From a virus: a stretch of 64,000 nt of DNA. The stretch is from IMG/VR virus record IMGVR_UViG_3300030329_003925, positions 1-64,000 of that record, one strand, 5' to 3'. Below are positions 40,724-50,273 of the stretch, piece by piece. Within the stretch, counting starts at the first letter, position 1. Each line of letters begins with the position of its first letter. Under the pieces are notes generated by a model that was not told where the DNA came from, did not search any database, and was given only the letters and a program-made list of their open reading frames with translations. The position numbers were made by a program, and so were the translations under genes.

Positions 40724-40888
40724 ATCGGGGCGAGGGGTCGCTGTCTTCGCCGCGCTACCACTCGCTATTCACCTTTCAACTACCATAATGGCTCTGGGTA
40801 TGTGGTCTACACCTATTAGCAGAACTAAACACCCTCGCGTTCATCTGTGAACTTGAACGCCTCCTTTATTAGTTATCCTCGCCCCGAC
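40724..40888 (-). ncRNA. Candidate structured ncRNA A (about 165 nt)
   Basis: Intergenic; perfect 11-bp closing stem 40725-40735/40877-40887, internal hairpin 40837-40860, 3' T-run. Confidence 0.55.
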
Positions 40889-40894
40889 TATACC

Positions 40895-41308
40895 TCAAAT
40901 ATTAGCTTCCTCATCTGGGTGTGAGTATGGGTCCAACTGGATGACCTTCTGTTGACCCTTCCACGTTGCGCGTGCCCTTTCCTTCGTAGCCTCTCTTGCA
41001 TCGACACCCGCTTGAAAGAAGTCATCTTCAGCCAAAGACATCTGGTCCTCGTCGCCCTCCCAGTCATCGTCCTCGTTGTCGAGCATCAACAAGTCACCTA
41101 CTGTGGAGTTTAAGCGGTCCCATACGCCAATGAGTGCCGCTGTCTCGGAATCAAAGCACTTCTCCGTCCAAAGCGGCATCCTCGCCATCGACTCCGTAAG
41201 ACCCTCAAGGTCATGCTCTACAACCTCTGCAATTCGCTTGCCTATCTCCTGTTGGATTCTGTCGCACACAGATGTGATTCTCTCGATTGTTTCTTCCATG
41301 TTTTCCAT
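40895..41308 (-). CDS. Acidic hypothetical protein
   Basis: 137-aa ORF, GGAGG RBS. Confidence 0.65.
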   Translation of the reverse strand: MENMEETIERITSVCDRIQQEIGKRIAEVVEHDLEGLTESMARMPLWTEKCFDSETAALIGVWDRLNSTVGDLLMLDNEDDDWEGDEDQMSLAEDDFFQAGVDAREATKERARATWKGQQKVIQLDPYSHPDEEANI

Positions 41309-41343
41309 GTTGCCTCCGGTTGTTGAAAGTTACAAATTAAAAG

Positions 41344-41419
41344 TGGTGGGTTGTATAGGATTCGAACCTATGACCATCGGATTAAAAGTCCGGTGCTCTA
41401 CCAACTGAGCTAACAACCC
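41344..41419 (-). tRNA. tRNA-Lys(UUU), CCA encoded
   Basis: GGGTTGTTAGCTCAGTTGGTAGAGCA-CCGGA-CT-TTT-AA-TCCGA...GGTTCGAATCC...CCCACCA. Confidence 0.95.
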
Positions 41420-41420
41420 T

Positions 41421-41735
41421 TTACTCTCCGAACCACCGTTTTGTCTTGTCAAAATTAAGATTGACTGTGACCTTTCCGGTGGGCGACTTAGGGTTCCAGA
41501 CCCAGAATCTCTTCTTCTTGGTTCCAAATTGCCATAGCCCGTTGGGGCACGGACCACTCAAGCCATTCCTTCTCGCTTCCCCCCGTGACTTGAACACCCC
41601 TGCTTCTGCTGCCATCACCGCGAGGTCGTCACTGTCTACTGATACAATATCTTCTGTCCCATCCAAGGGACCAAAGATACATTCCATATCACCAAAAGAC
41701 ATGCTCCGGTCTGGGTTGACGACAAAATGCTTCAT
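41421..41735 (-). CDS. Small protein with S4-like (TyrRS C-terminal-like) motif
   Basis: AEAGVFKSRGEARRNG...GTKKKRF. Confidence 0.5.
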   Translation of the reverse strand: MKHFVVNPDRSMSFGDMECIFGPLDGTEDIVSVDSDDLAVMAAEAGVFKSRGEARRNGLSGPCPNGLWQFGTKKKRFWVWNPKSPTGKVTVNLNFDKTKRWFGE

Positions 41736-41807
41736 GGTCCGTGCCCCCTTCCCCTCTAATGTATCACGTTTTGTGTCCCTGTCAAGGGACAAATTGTAAG
41801 AGACTTG

Positions 41808-42235
41808 TTAAGGCTCGCACGCTTCCATGAAGGTCTGCGTCTTGAACCTTGGGTTCTCTTCCTTGAACCAGACGGCAAAAGAAAGTGCCGTGGCTCGTCG
41901 AACCTGCGGGTCTTGAATCTTAGAAATAATCTGTGCTGTTCTCTTGAAGTGCTTTCTGGTCATTGGATTCTCCTTTGTTAGTCTTGTAGGGTTCTCGCTT
42001 CGATTTTCATAAACTCGGTCCAGCCTGCCATCACATGCCAATTCTCCACAATCTTGTCCCACGCCTCCGTGTCACCGATATGCGGTGCGTCGTGGCTCCA
42101 GCCTTCATAGAATTCCTTGGCAATCTCGCGAAGATGGGACTTAGCCCCTTCAAGTGTCCGAAAGACGGACAGTTCTTCGCCATGCTTGTGTTGATAGACA
42201 GCGATACAAACAGTAAGTTCTTGTGGTTCTGCCAT
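41808..42235 (-). CDS. Two small hypothetical early proteins (41978-42235, 41808-41963)
   Basis: RBS-preceded starts MAEPQEL and MTRKHF. Confidence 0.6.
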
Positions 42236-42268
42236 GTCATGCTCCCAGTGAAAAGTTACAAATTAAAA

Positions 42269-42373
42269 GGTTGCGGTTTTGGGATTCGAACCCTCTCCTG
42301 ACAGGTCTGGGTCGCACACCCTTTCCCTGACGGTTCCCTACCTGACTGCTGTGCGGCAGCGGGAAACCCGCAT
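42269..42373 (-). ncRNA. Candidate tRNA-like ncRNA C (about 105 nt)
   Basis: TGCGG/CCGCA end pairing, GGG-TTCGAAT-CCC T-arm near the 3' end, non-canonical interior. Confidence 0.5.
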
Positions 42374-42385
42374 AAGTTATTGGTC

Positions 42386-43069
42386 TTATTCTGATTCGTA
42401 GCCATCAAACCATCGACCCATGTGTTCAGTCCTTGCGACTGCTTTCCGCGAGGTCGCCGTGCTTGATGATGTTTCTGGGTCACGACAATGTGCTTGCGCC
42501 TCTTCCAGCGTTAGACCACGCTTAATTATTCGATTCTCACACCAATCGTTTTCGAACATTCTTACAATACGGTACATTTTCTCTCTATACTTCGGCATAT
42601 TACAAATCTTGGCAATCTCCATGTCTCGCTCATAGTAAGAGTTCAGCCCGTTCAGCGGAGCGCCCGTGCCGTCGTTGAGACGCACACTACACATGCCACC
42701 CCCGTCTGCCGCTATAACGATACCCAATTTGCCCTCGACACCCCACCGCTGGCTACGCTTGTTGTTCTTGAAGCGCACAAGGGTGCCAACCTTGAATTTG
42801 GGGGGAGGTGGCTTGACTGAATGAATCATCTGCGTGGGGTTGTCCACGAAGTACCCAGCAAAGTAGTCAGTATGCGGGTCGCTCTCGTCGTCAATGCGAC
42901 GGATATGATACCCCGTTGCTTCAGCTTCTTCTCCTCCGATACCATTCGCACTCCATGACAGGATGCGGTCGTCATACTCAACCCAGTAGTGACTGTAGCG
43001 GTCTGGTGGATGATTGACCTTCACTCCAAGAGCCTTTTCAACTTTCTTGTTTACTGCTTTGACTTTCAT
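42386..43069 (-). CDS. Hypothetical protein with an internal KOW-like domain, apparent fusion
   Basis: FKVGTLVRFK; distinct C-terminal module GLTLEEAQAHCRDPETSS. Confidence 0.65.
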   Translation of the reverse strand: MKVKAVNKKVEKALGVKVNHPPDRYSHYWVEYDDRILSWSANGIGGEEAEATGYHIRRIDDESDPHTDYFAGYFVDNPTQMIHSVKPPPPKFKVGTLVRFKNNKRSQRWGVEGKLGIVIAADGGGMCSVRLNDGTGAPLNGLNSYYERDMEIAKICNMPKYREKMYRIVRMFENDWCENRIIKRGLTLEEAQAHCRDPETSSSTATSRKAVARTEHMGRWFDGYESE

Positions 43070-43394
43070 GTCATCGCCTCCAATTCAAAGTTACAAATTA
43101 AGCCTCGGCAGGCGCACTCATCGCCCACCAGATAAGAACGTCGATAGCAGACAAGCGATTGCCCAACTTCTCGTTACTAATCCACTCGGTCAGCACGCTT
43201 GCCATGTAAGCATAGTGAGCAAGTTCTTCTTCAAAGTTCTGGTCCAAATTAACACTCAACATTCTGTCCTCCATCGTCCGTAAAGGCGTGTGGCGGGATA
43301 AGTTCATCGGGATAGCCATCGGGATAGGTTTCTGGAAAGAAAAAATCCTCTAACTCTTCTTCGGTATAGTATTCAAATCCGTCGTTGGGGTTCA

Positions 43395-43736
43395 TTATTG
43401 CGCCCTCTTCTCATGACTTTCGGACAATAGTGTCTCGACCCAGCCTCCATCAAACTCTGCGATGTACTTGTCGTGAAGAACAAGCATCTTGTCACCGTTC
43501 TTTTCGATGTTCTTCAGCTTGTAGCCAGCAATAATAAACTCTGTCCCAGTGGGTGCTCCGATGAATGTTTCGCAGACCGCATAGGGCACAGACTTCCACG
43601 CCTTGCCATTCGGGTTACGAGCCATATCCCTTGCGCTCTTACGAAACCTGCGCCACCGAATGTCAACCACCCGTGCTTGGATAGATTCGCTGCCATGCTT
43701 GATGAGCACGATGTCGTGCTTATTTAGATACGCCAT
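43395..43736 (-). CDS. Hypothetical protein
   Basis: 113-aa ORF, GAGG RBS. Confidence 0.65.
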   Translation of the reverse strand: MAYLNKHDIVLIKHGSESIQARVVDIRWRRFRKSARDMARNPNGKAWKSVPYAVCETFIGAPTGTEFIIAGYKLKNIEKNGDKMLVLHDKYIAEFDGGWVETLLSESHEKRAQ

Positions 43737-44160
43737 TCTTCACCTCGCGTGTCTTAGTGTTGAACTTGTTGGCGAGGAAGTTCGCAGTGCCACGGTTGTG
43801 ACATCGCTCTTTCTTGCCATTGGGATAAAGAACATAGTGAGTGTTCTTCAAGTGGATTGTTGTAGCTTTCGTCATGTTCTTTCTCCTTCTTACCCCTATA
43901 ATGTAGCATACCTAATCGCGTTTGTCCAGCAATAAATTGTCAAGAGAATGTCAAACGGAAGGTTTTTTCGCAACGACCAGTTGCCTCTCTTGGACAATCG
44001 AGGTTGTTCCCCTCATATCGCCCTTCGTCCACCGAACAGTCCAGCAGGAATGAATCGGAGCGCGACTTGCGATGTAGCCAAGAGTTCCCTTAGAACCACG
44101 TTTTTGAACCATATTACCAATGTGCATTAGACACCTCTCTCTGATTGTTGAATTAAAAAG

Positions 44161-44234
44161 TGGGCTTTCTCGGACTCGAACCGAGGACATTCCGTGTATG
44201 AGACGGGTGCTCTGACCAACTGAGCTAAAAGCCC
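44161..44234 (-). tRNA. tRNA with CAU anticodon (probably Ile2; Met not excluded), CCA not encoded
   Basis: GGGCTTTTAGCTCAGTTGGTCAGAGCA-CCCGT-CT-CAT-AC-ACGGA...GGTTCGAGTCC. Confidence 0.88.
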
Positions 44235-44243
44235 GTTACTAAC

Positions 44244-46062
44244 TTACTTTCCAGCGTTGAAAGCGTCGGATAAGTCTCCGACGTACTGGTATGCTCCTTT
44301 GTTATAGGCTGGAGCCACGCACTTGCGCCGTCTGTTTGCTTCTCGGTGTGCTGCTCTGTCGCCGCAGTCAAGGCAGGTATAGAACCCCAGCGCAAGACGT
44401 TTGTCGTTGTAGTCCTCGTAGCAAAGTTTACAAATTGCCATCTCTCACCTCAAATAACATAATTTCCATAGCCATGTTCGCCTGCACAATTGCGAGAGCA
44501 ATACCCGTGGTAAAGAATATACTCTGGGTCTTTTTCCTCGCGCCAACGGGAAAGTGACTTCCCACAGTTAGTACACCGCTTAAACTTGCCATACGGCATC
44601 AGGAGAAGCCCGTCTTCATCTGACTCATAATATACCCTCTTCCAGTTACTCATCGAACTGCCGCATAAAAATAGGGGTGTGCTCGCCATGCCATGCGCTC
44701 ACCACGTTATACTCCATCCACTCGATAGTCCCTTCGTAGTCCCAGTCGTTATCCCTCATGAATATTTCCACGCACTTGTCATAGTTATAAATTGCCACCG
44801 GCATCTTCGTAGCCTGTAAGCCCCAACCGATAAGTGCATCGTCAAGACCATCTGCCAATAATGCCTGTGGATTGAGTGCTGCCAACTCTTCTCTAATACT
44901 AACCACGCCTCACCTCCTCTCTCGTCTCGACAAACTTTCCATCCTCGTCCACCAGAGTTTCAACCTTGATGGTGGTGGTGTGAACAGTTAGAATTTGAAA
45001 ATTGGAACGGGGAACCAAGTGCTCCTTGTCTCCTCGGCGTAGGTGCCACCCTTCTTCATCTACGAAGTCGCCTTTGGCAACCATGATGTCTGACCCGCGA
45101 GGATAGCGCAAAGATGAATAGCCCGTGACTATATTTAGAGGCACCTTAGCCCGTAGAATTTGCTTCATACAGTCACCACCTCTAACTCATGGTCCCATAT
45201 CTCGTAATCAAAGCCAGACACCCTGCACAAGTAGTCTCGCGTATCATCTGGATTCATCAGCCTCATGCTGGTGACAACGCCCAGCCGAACGCCTTTCGTA
45301 GTATACCCGCTAAACTTTACTAAGTCACCGACTTTCATGTAGTTCCTCACTTCCAGAACGCAAGTAGGGAATACCCACGGGTAGTTCGCCGCTGACAATG
45401 CCTCTGTGTTTGGCACAAATAATTGTAATAACATGGGCTGGAACCCAACCATAGACAGTCATACAAGGCTTGTCTGGGTCTTCTGCGTAGGGTAACAAGA
45501 GTTCCTCGACTAAGCTGGGATACCCTACCTCCGCGTGAGTGTAAGCGTCGGCACCATCCACGCGAGGAGTGCAGTACGCCCCCTCATTTGCCTGCACCGA
45601 CATCTCAAAGCCATCCGCACACTGAATTTTTCTATTGAGCTTTACCATGCTCCCCCCTTAGTAGTCGATTTCCGTCCGTGTGTAAATTTCAAAACCGTCG
45701 CCTCTGGTTACGATGTCTTCTGAATCTTCTCCGACGCGAACAAAGCGATAATACTCGTCGCCCATGACGGTTCTCGTATAATCCCCACCCCCTGCCGGAC
45801 TGGGCACTGTGACTGACTCCACCTCCATGCCATCACACTCGTCCATGAAGTCGTTGAGGCAGTCAATCTCTGGGTATCCCTCGTACCACTTGATGCTGCA
45901 CCAGCGGAAAAGAAAGTTCCCGCTCTCTTGATAGTTCTCAATCACCTCGTCAGCTTCAGCGAAGCAGAGATTCTTTGTGCCACCCTCCTGACTGATATGA
46001 GCCATGAACTTGCCCATAAGTTTCTTGTCAACAGCCAAAATTACGTCAGAACGATAACCCAT
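44244..46062 (-). CDS. Operon of seven small early proteins
   Basis: 45658-46062 (MGYRSDV), 45325-45648, 45165-45338 (KVGDLV), 44899-45168, 44646-44906, 44450-44653, 44244-44441 (CxxC...CxxC). Confidence 0.7.
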
Positions 46063-46154
46063 GTTTTCACCTCTCGTTGATTACAATAACAATGTATCAC
46101 GTTTTAAGAATTTGTCCAGTCCTAAGTTGTCAAGAGAATGTCAAGGAGAAGAAA

Positions 46155-46236
46155 TACCAGAGACGGGATTCGAACCCGTAAGCCTAAAGGCGTCAGATTT
46201 TAAGTCTGATGTGTATACCGATTCCACCACTCTGGC
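46155..46236 (-). tRNA. tRNA-Leu(UAA), CCA not encoded
   Basis: GCCAGAGTGGTGGAATCGGTATACACA-TCAGA-CT-TAA-AA-TCTGA, long variable arm, GGTTCGAATCC. Confidence 0.93.
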
Positions 46237-46248
46237 AAAAGTTACAAA

Positions 46249-47314
46249 TTACTTCTTGCTCCGCTTGCGCTTGCTCACAAACTTCAAGTCCGTGCGCCAG
46301 AACTGGTTTGGGTATTGTTTGGCGTAGTAGCCGAACTGATAGTCTCGACTCTTGGGTGGGTCGGGCGTAATCCATTTGATGACATAAGCATCCTTCTCAC
46401 TTGAGTTAAAGCCAATTTTGTGCATAGGTTTAATCTCGACCACAATGCCCACCGGCTTAGGCTTGCCAAAGCTATGGCGGCGAGCAGTCTCGCTCCACGG
46501 ATACATTGTGTCCCGTTTCTGTGCCGCTGCCGATAAAGTTACCATATCTCCTACTTGCATTTTACACTCCTGTTTTTAATTGCTACTGACGTTCTCGTAG
46601 CCCAGAGAGCGACCCCTCTGCTGAACCAGAGAACTTTAATATTCAAACCACTTTTGTCCAAGACCACTCCGTAGCCTTTCTCCTCAAACTCCACTCCAAT
46701 ATTCGGTTGACCCCCCAAACACTTCACCAAGTCTCCGACTTGAGGAGCGCGGGGCTTATAGCCTTCGTTCAATCTCACATGCACAGCATCAACACCAATA
46801 GAGCATAGCCCAGAGGCATCATCAAAATACATCCAATCGCGTCTTTAATCTGCTCGTCTCTGCCGTACTCATCCATTCTTCACCTCGCTGTCATAATCAA
46901 AGTCTGGCTTGTAAACCTCAACGTAGCAAGCCTTAATCCATCCCCACTGCGTAGTGTTCACCAGTGGACCCGCAAACTTCTTGGTGTCAATTGCTGTAAC
47001 CAGCGCATGTTCGCGTGGTCCTGTCATGGAACTGCCCCTCTGGGAACTGATGTACCTCACAAGGTCACCAGTCTTTGCCCAACTTCCGTGTTGCCATACC
47101 TTCTGTGTCATGTTCCACTCCCGACAATCTCCGCGTGGATGTAGCCCATGTTCAACTGGACACGCTCTCCCTTCTTGAAGTCATACGCGAGAACATATCC
47201 CGCATACCCAAACTCATTGGGGTTACCAAGAATCATAGAGAGGGAACCATCCTCCTTGGAGCGCAAGAGCGTTCCAGCCTTTATTTGGTCGCGCCTAAGA
47301 TACGGTGTTGACAT
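46249..47314 (-). CDS. Third array of four KOW/SH3-like mini-proteins
   Basis: 46249-46560 QVGDMV, 46551-46832 QVGDLV, 46869-47111 KTGDLV, 47108-47314 KAGTLL. Confidence 0.65.
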
Positions 47315-47412
47315 AGTTCCCTCCGCTTTCATACATAATGTAGCCCATGCGTGTTCCCCTGTCAAGAGTGATTGTGTCAAGGAAGTGTCAAGAGAAGGTT
47401 GTGTCCATAAAA

Positions 47413-47569
47413 CGATGGTGGGCGCATCTGCGTTTAATGCTTCGTGGAACTCTATCTCAGTTGAACCCCTACGTTATCCCGTGCTACTAAGGCGATCAAC
47501 CCCTTTCACTTGGCGTAGTCCGTTGGTAACCGTCCGTCTGGGACTTTAACCCAGAATCTCCCACCACCG
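47413..47569 (-). ncRNA. Candidate structured ncRNA B (about 157 nt)
   Basis: Own promoter at 47602-47630; 10-bp closing stem with one G:U; internal hairpins; 3' TTTT. Confidence 0.55.
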
Positions 47570-47659
47570 ATTTGTGAACAAAACCTCCCGCTTACACACA
47601 CAATGTATCATGGGTATTGCCACCTGTCAAGCCCGTGGGTGTCAACGAATTGTCAAGAA

Positions 47660-48607
47660 CTATTGGTGTGCCATTGACATCTGCGAATCATAAGAGTCAA
47701 TGCGGAGTTTCGACAAACGCTCAAGATAATCATTTCGTCGGAGAACCTTGAAAGCTAAGTTTTCGAAGGAGTATTCGCCTTCGCGCTCTAAGCCACTGGA
47801 TCGGAATCTTTTTATCTTCTCCCTCACCTTCTCGCCATACTCCATCGCGCCATCGTAATCGCCCTCGTCAAACAACTTCTGCACGTCGTCGATCATATCC
47901 ATCGTCGAAGCTGCTTTCTGCTTGACTGCTTCTCGGTCAATCTCTTTGTCTTCGCGTCGAGGTTTGACCACCCAGTCGTCGTTAAGCAAGGAATAAACAC
48001 CACTTGAAAAGTGAGCATCGTTTACGTCTTGGACGTAAAGTTCCACGTCGTAACCCTTCACCTTGATGTCGTGCTGCCTGTTCCAGTTAGACTTGGTTTG
48101 CATGAACAAGTCTCGGACCAATTCTTCATTCTCGTCAACGTCCTGATAATCCAAGATGATGTGAACGTCAAGGTCGGAGAACTTCGACCAATTATAATTT
48201 GCCAGCGAGCCTGTCAGCGTGATGTCTTTTATCTCGGCTTTAACTCCCAGCTTCTCGTAGAAGTCTTGGGCAATTTGTAAAAGTCGATCACGGATTGCTG
48301 GGTCTATTTTGTCGTCGGAGTTCCAGACTTTTCGGTCGAGGGTTTCGTGAACCACAAAGCTGGACAGATCGACGCTATCGGGGTCTGCCCCTTCTTCGAA
48401 TCGTAACCTGTCTGTGCCAAACCTCTTGACCTTGCCCGTGAAGGGTGGTCCCGACTTCTTATTTTTAATACCACCTTGGGTCGTGTAGATGTCGTTTTTT
48501 CGGCGTAGCTTCTTGTATCTCTTTTGAGCCGCACTCTTGAAAGGGGTTGGTTCTGCCGCCTCGTGCAAAGTTACAAAGTCATTCCAAAATGTTTCGAAGT
48601 CCTTCAT
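47660..48607 (-). CDS. Tagged pol-beta-superfamily nucleotidyltransferase
   Basis: MKDFETFWNDFVTLHE; TGSLANYNWSKFSDLDVH, VELYVQD. Confidence 0.8.
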   Translation of the reverse strand: MKDFETFWNDFVTLHEAAEPTPFKSAAQKRYKKLRRKNDIYTTQGGIKNKKSGPPFTGKVKRFGTDRLRFEEGADPDSVDLSSFVVHETLDRKVWNSDDKIDPAIRDRLLQIAQDFYEKLGVKAEIKDITLTGSLANYNWSKFSDLDVHIILDYQDVDENEELVRDLFMQTKSNWNRQHDIKVKGYDVELYVQDVNDAHFSSGVYSLLNDDWVVKPRREDKEIDREAVKQKAASTMDMIDDVQKLFDEGDYDGAMEYGEKVREKIKRFRSSGLEREGEYSFENLAFKVLRRNDYLERLSKLRIDSYDSQMSMAHQ

Positions 48608-48616
48608 GGCTGCACC

Positions 48617-49949
48617 TCACTCAGTTGGTGGTCCCAAAGCATTATGGGCAGCTAAGGTTTTCACAAAAGCCTCCATGACGCCCCTTCGAAGATAGAAATG
48701 GAGAGTAGCCAAAGTCTCGTCCTCCGCAATTTCTTTTCGCATCTCCTGAAGTCGTCTCCTAATCTGGTCAATCCTCAAGCCACCGTAGCCTTGAACTAAT
48801 ACCTCGGCTTTCTCTGGGCTTCTTTCGTCGCCTTTTGGTTCGTAATACATGGGGTTTCCACCCTCATCATATTCGACTTCTACGAGACTTGTAAGTTCTT
48901 CTTGGATGAGTTTCCTTATTTTGGACTTGGCGATTTTCACTTATAGTCTCCCTGCTTGGCGTTTATAGCAAAGTTGAGTTGGCGAACCGTCTTCACCTCA
49001 TCTGCGGTTCTCTTTTTCTTTTTCATGAGTGCAGCTTTTTTCTTTTTGAGTTGGGCAATCGTGTAATCGGTCCACTCTCCTGTGGACTCGATGTCTTGGA
49101 GAAACTTGTCATCATTCTCCTTGTTGCTTTCATCATACTGGTAACGGGGGCGACGATAGCCTTTATATTTGCTTCGATAGCCACTATCACGGCGCGGGTA
49201 GTCTCCGCTCCGACGTTGATATGACCTTATGCACTCCTCATATTCTTCCCGTGTAAGACCACCTGCTTTGTAATCCTTGTAGCAGTCGGCTTCTTCTTCG
49301 TTTATTGGCTTGCCACCTTCGTTGACTGGGGTGTCACCAACCATGTCTTGCCCGCCATCCATATCCTGATAGCCAGTTGCCTCATTGTAAATAAAGTTCA
49401 CCAGCCAGTTCTTTTCTTTACGCGCCAAAGCATCTTTGGCTAACGCAGTAGCACCGGCTTCGTAGCCCAGACGCGCCAAGAGCGCAGCCAGCATGGGCAC
49501 CGCGAAGGAGGTTCCCATCTTCACCATAGCTCGCCACAACAAGTCAAGGTTCTCTGGTGTGAGATTCTGCATGAGCGTGTCGATGTCTTCATTGAGTTGC
49601 TGTTCTTCCAGTTGAGCACGGATGCCTTCGCCAAACATTTCCTCTGCTTCTTCGTTGGTCAGGACGACTTCAAGCTCCTCTTTTATAATCTGCTTGAGTT
49701 GCTTCTTTGTGATTTTCATTTTTCTTCGCCTTCAGATATGATTAGCTCATCAGACAGGCGAGCAATCTCATCTTGGTGACCCTTTGGCGCATAGTCAATG
49801 CACATGGCAACCAGCCCGCCCAATTCTGGTCCCAGCTTGTCGTGGAGCCATTGGGAGATCGCTGCATGGAAGTGAGGTCCATCCTTTTCAGCGAGAGCCT
49901 CGATCTCTTCCTTGATAAGTTGCTTAATTCTTGCTTTTGTAATCTTCAT
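48617..49949 (-). CDS. Three MKITK-tagged hypothetical proteins (49716-49949, 48937-49719, 48617-48940)
   Basis: MKITKARIKQLIKEE, MKITKKQLKQIIKEE, MKIAKSKIRKLIQEE; late motif at 49969-49976. Confidence 0.7.
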
Positions 49950-49976
49950 GGGGGGTGTCTCCTCACAATAAATAGT

Positions 49977-50273
49977 TTAGTATTCTTCTTTCTCACCATC
50001 ATCCCATGTCAAAATTGTTTTGTTTTCTGGATGCGGTTTGATATGGACCTTGAGGAAGTCTGCCATTGAATCAAAGACGGCAATAGACCCTCTTGGTGGC
50101 GGGTAAAGCCAGTGAACAACCGCTTGTCCGGTTGCCAGCTTGATACCCTCAATCACAATTCCTTCGCCCGACACGCCAGTTTCGTCATGCCCGCGAAAAA
50201 TTGTAAATGTACGAATCCCCTGCGGAGCCAACTTGGGGGGGTGTTTAGGCTTCAAATCATTCTTTTTCGCCAT
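49977..50273 (-). CDS. Hypothetical protein
   Basis: 98-aa ORF, DETGVSGEG motif. Confidence 0.65.
   Translation of the reverse strand: MAKKNDLKPKHPPKLAPQGIRTFTIFRGHDETGVSGEGIVIEGIKLATGQAVVHWLYPPPRGSIAVFDSMADFLKVHIKPHPENKTILTWDDGEKEEY

Larger units (their letters stand above)
33665..47655 (-). promoter_or_regulatory. Family of sigma70-like early promoters
   Basis: (TTGACA/TTGACT/TGGACA/TGGACT/TTGCAA)-16/17 nt-TA(C/T)ATT near 33665, 36652, 38110, 38884, 40658, 41758, 43900, 46091, 47337, 47602; also 54227, 56324, 60932. Confidence 0.8.

Noticed and set aside
47547-47590. Possible Trp leader peptide (TTG-FTNRWWEILG) at the start of ncRNA B
   Set aside because: The RBS is only 2 nt from the TTG and no trp genes lie downstream.
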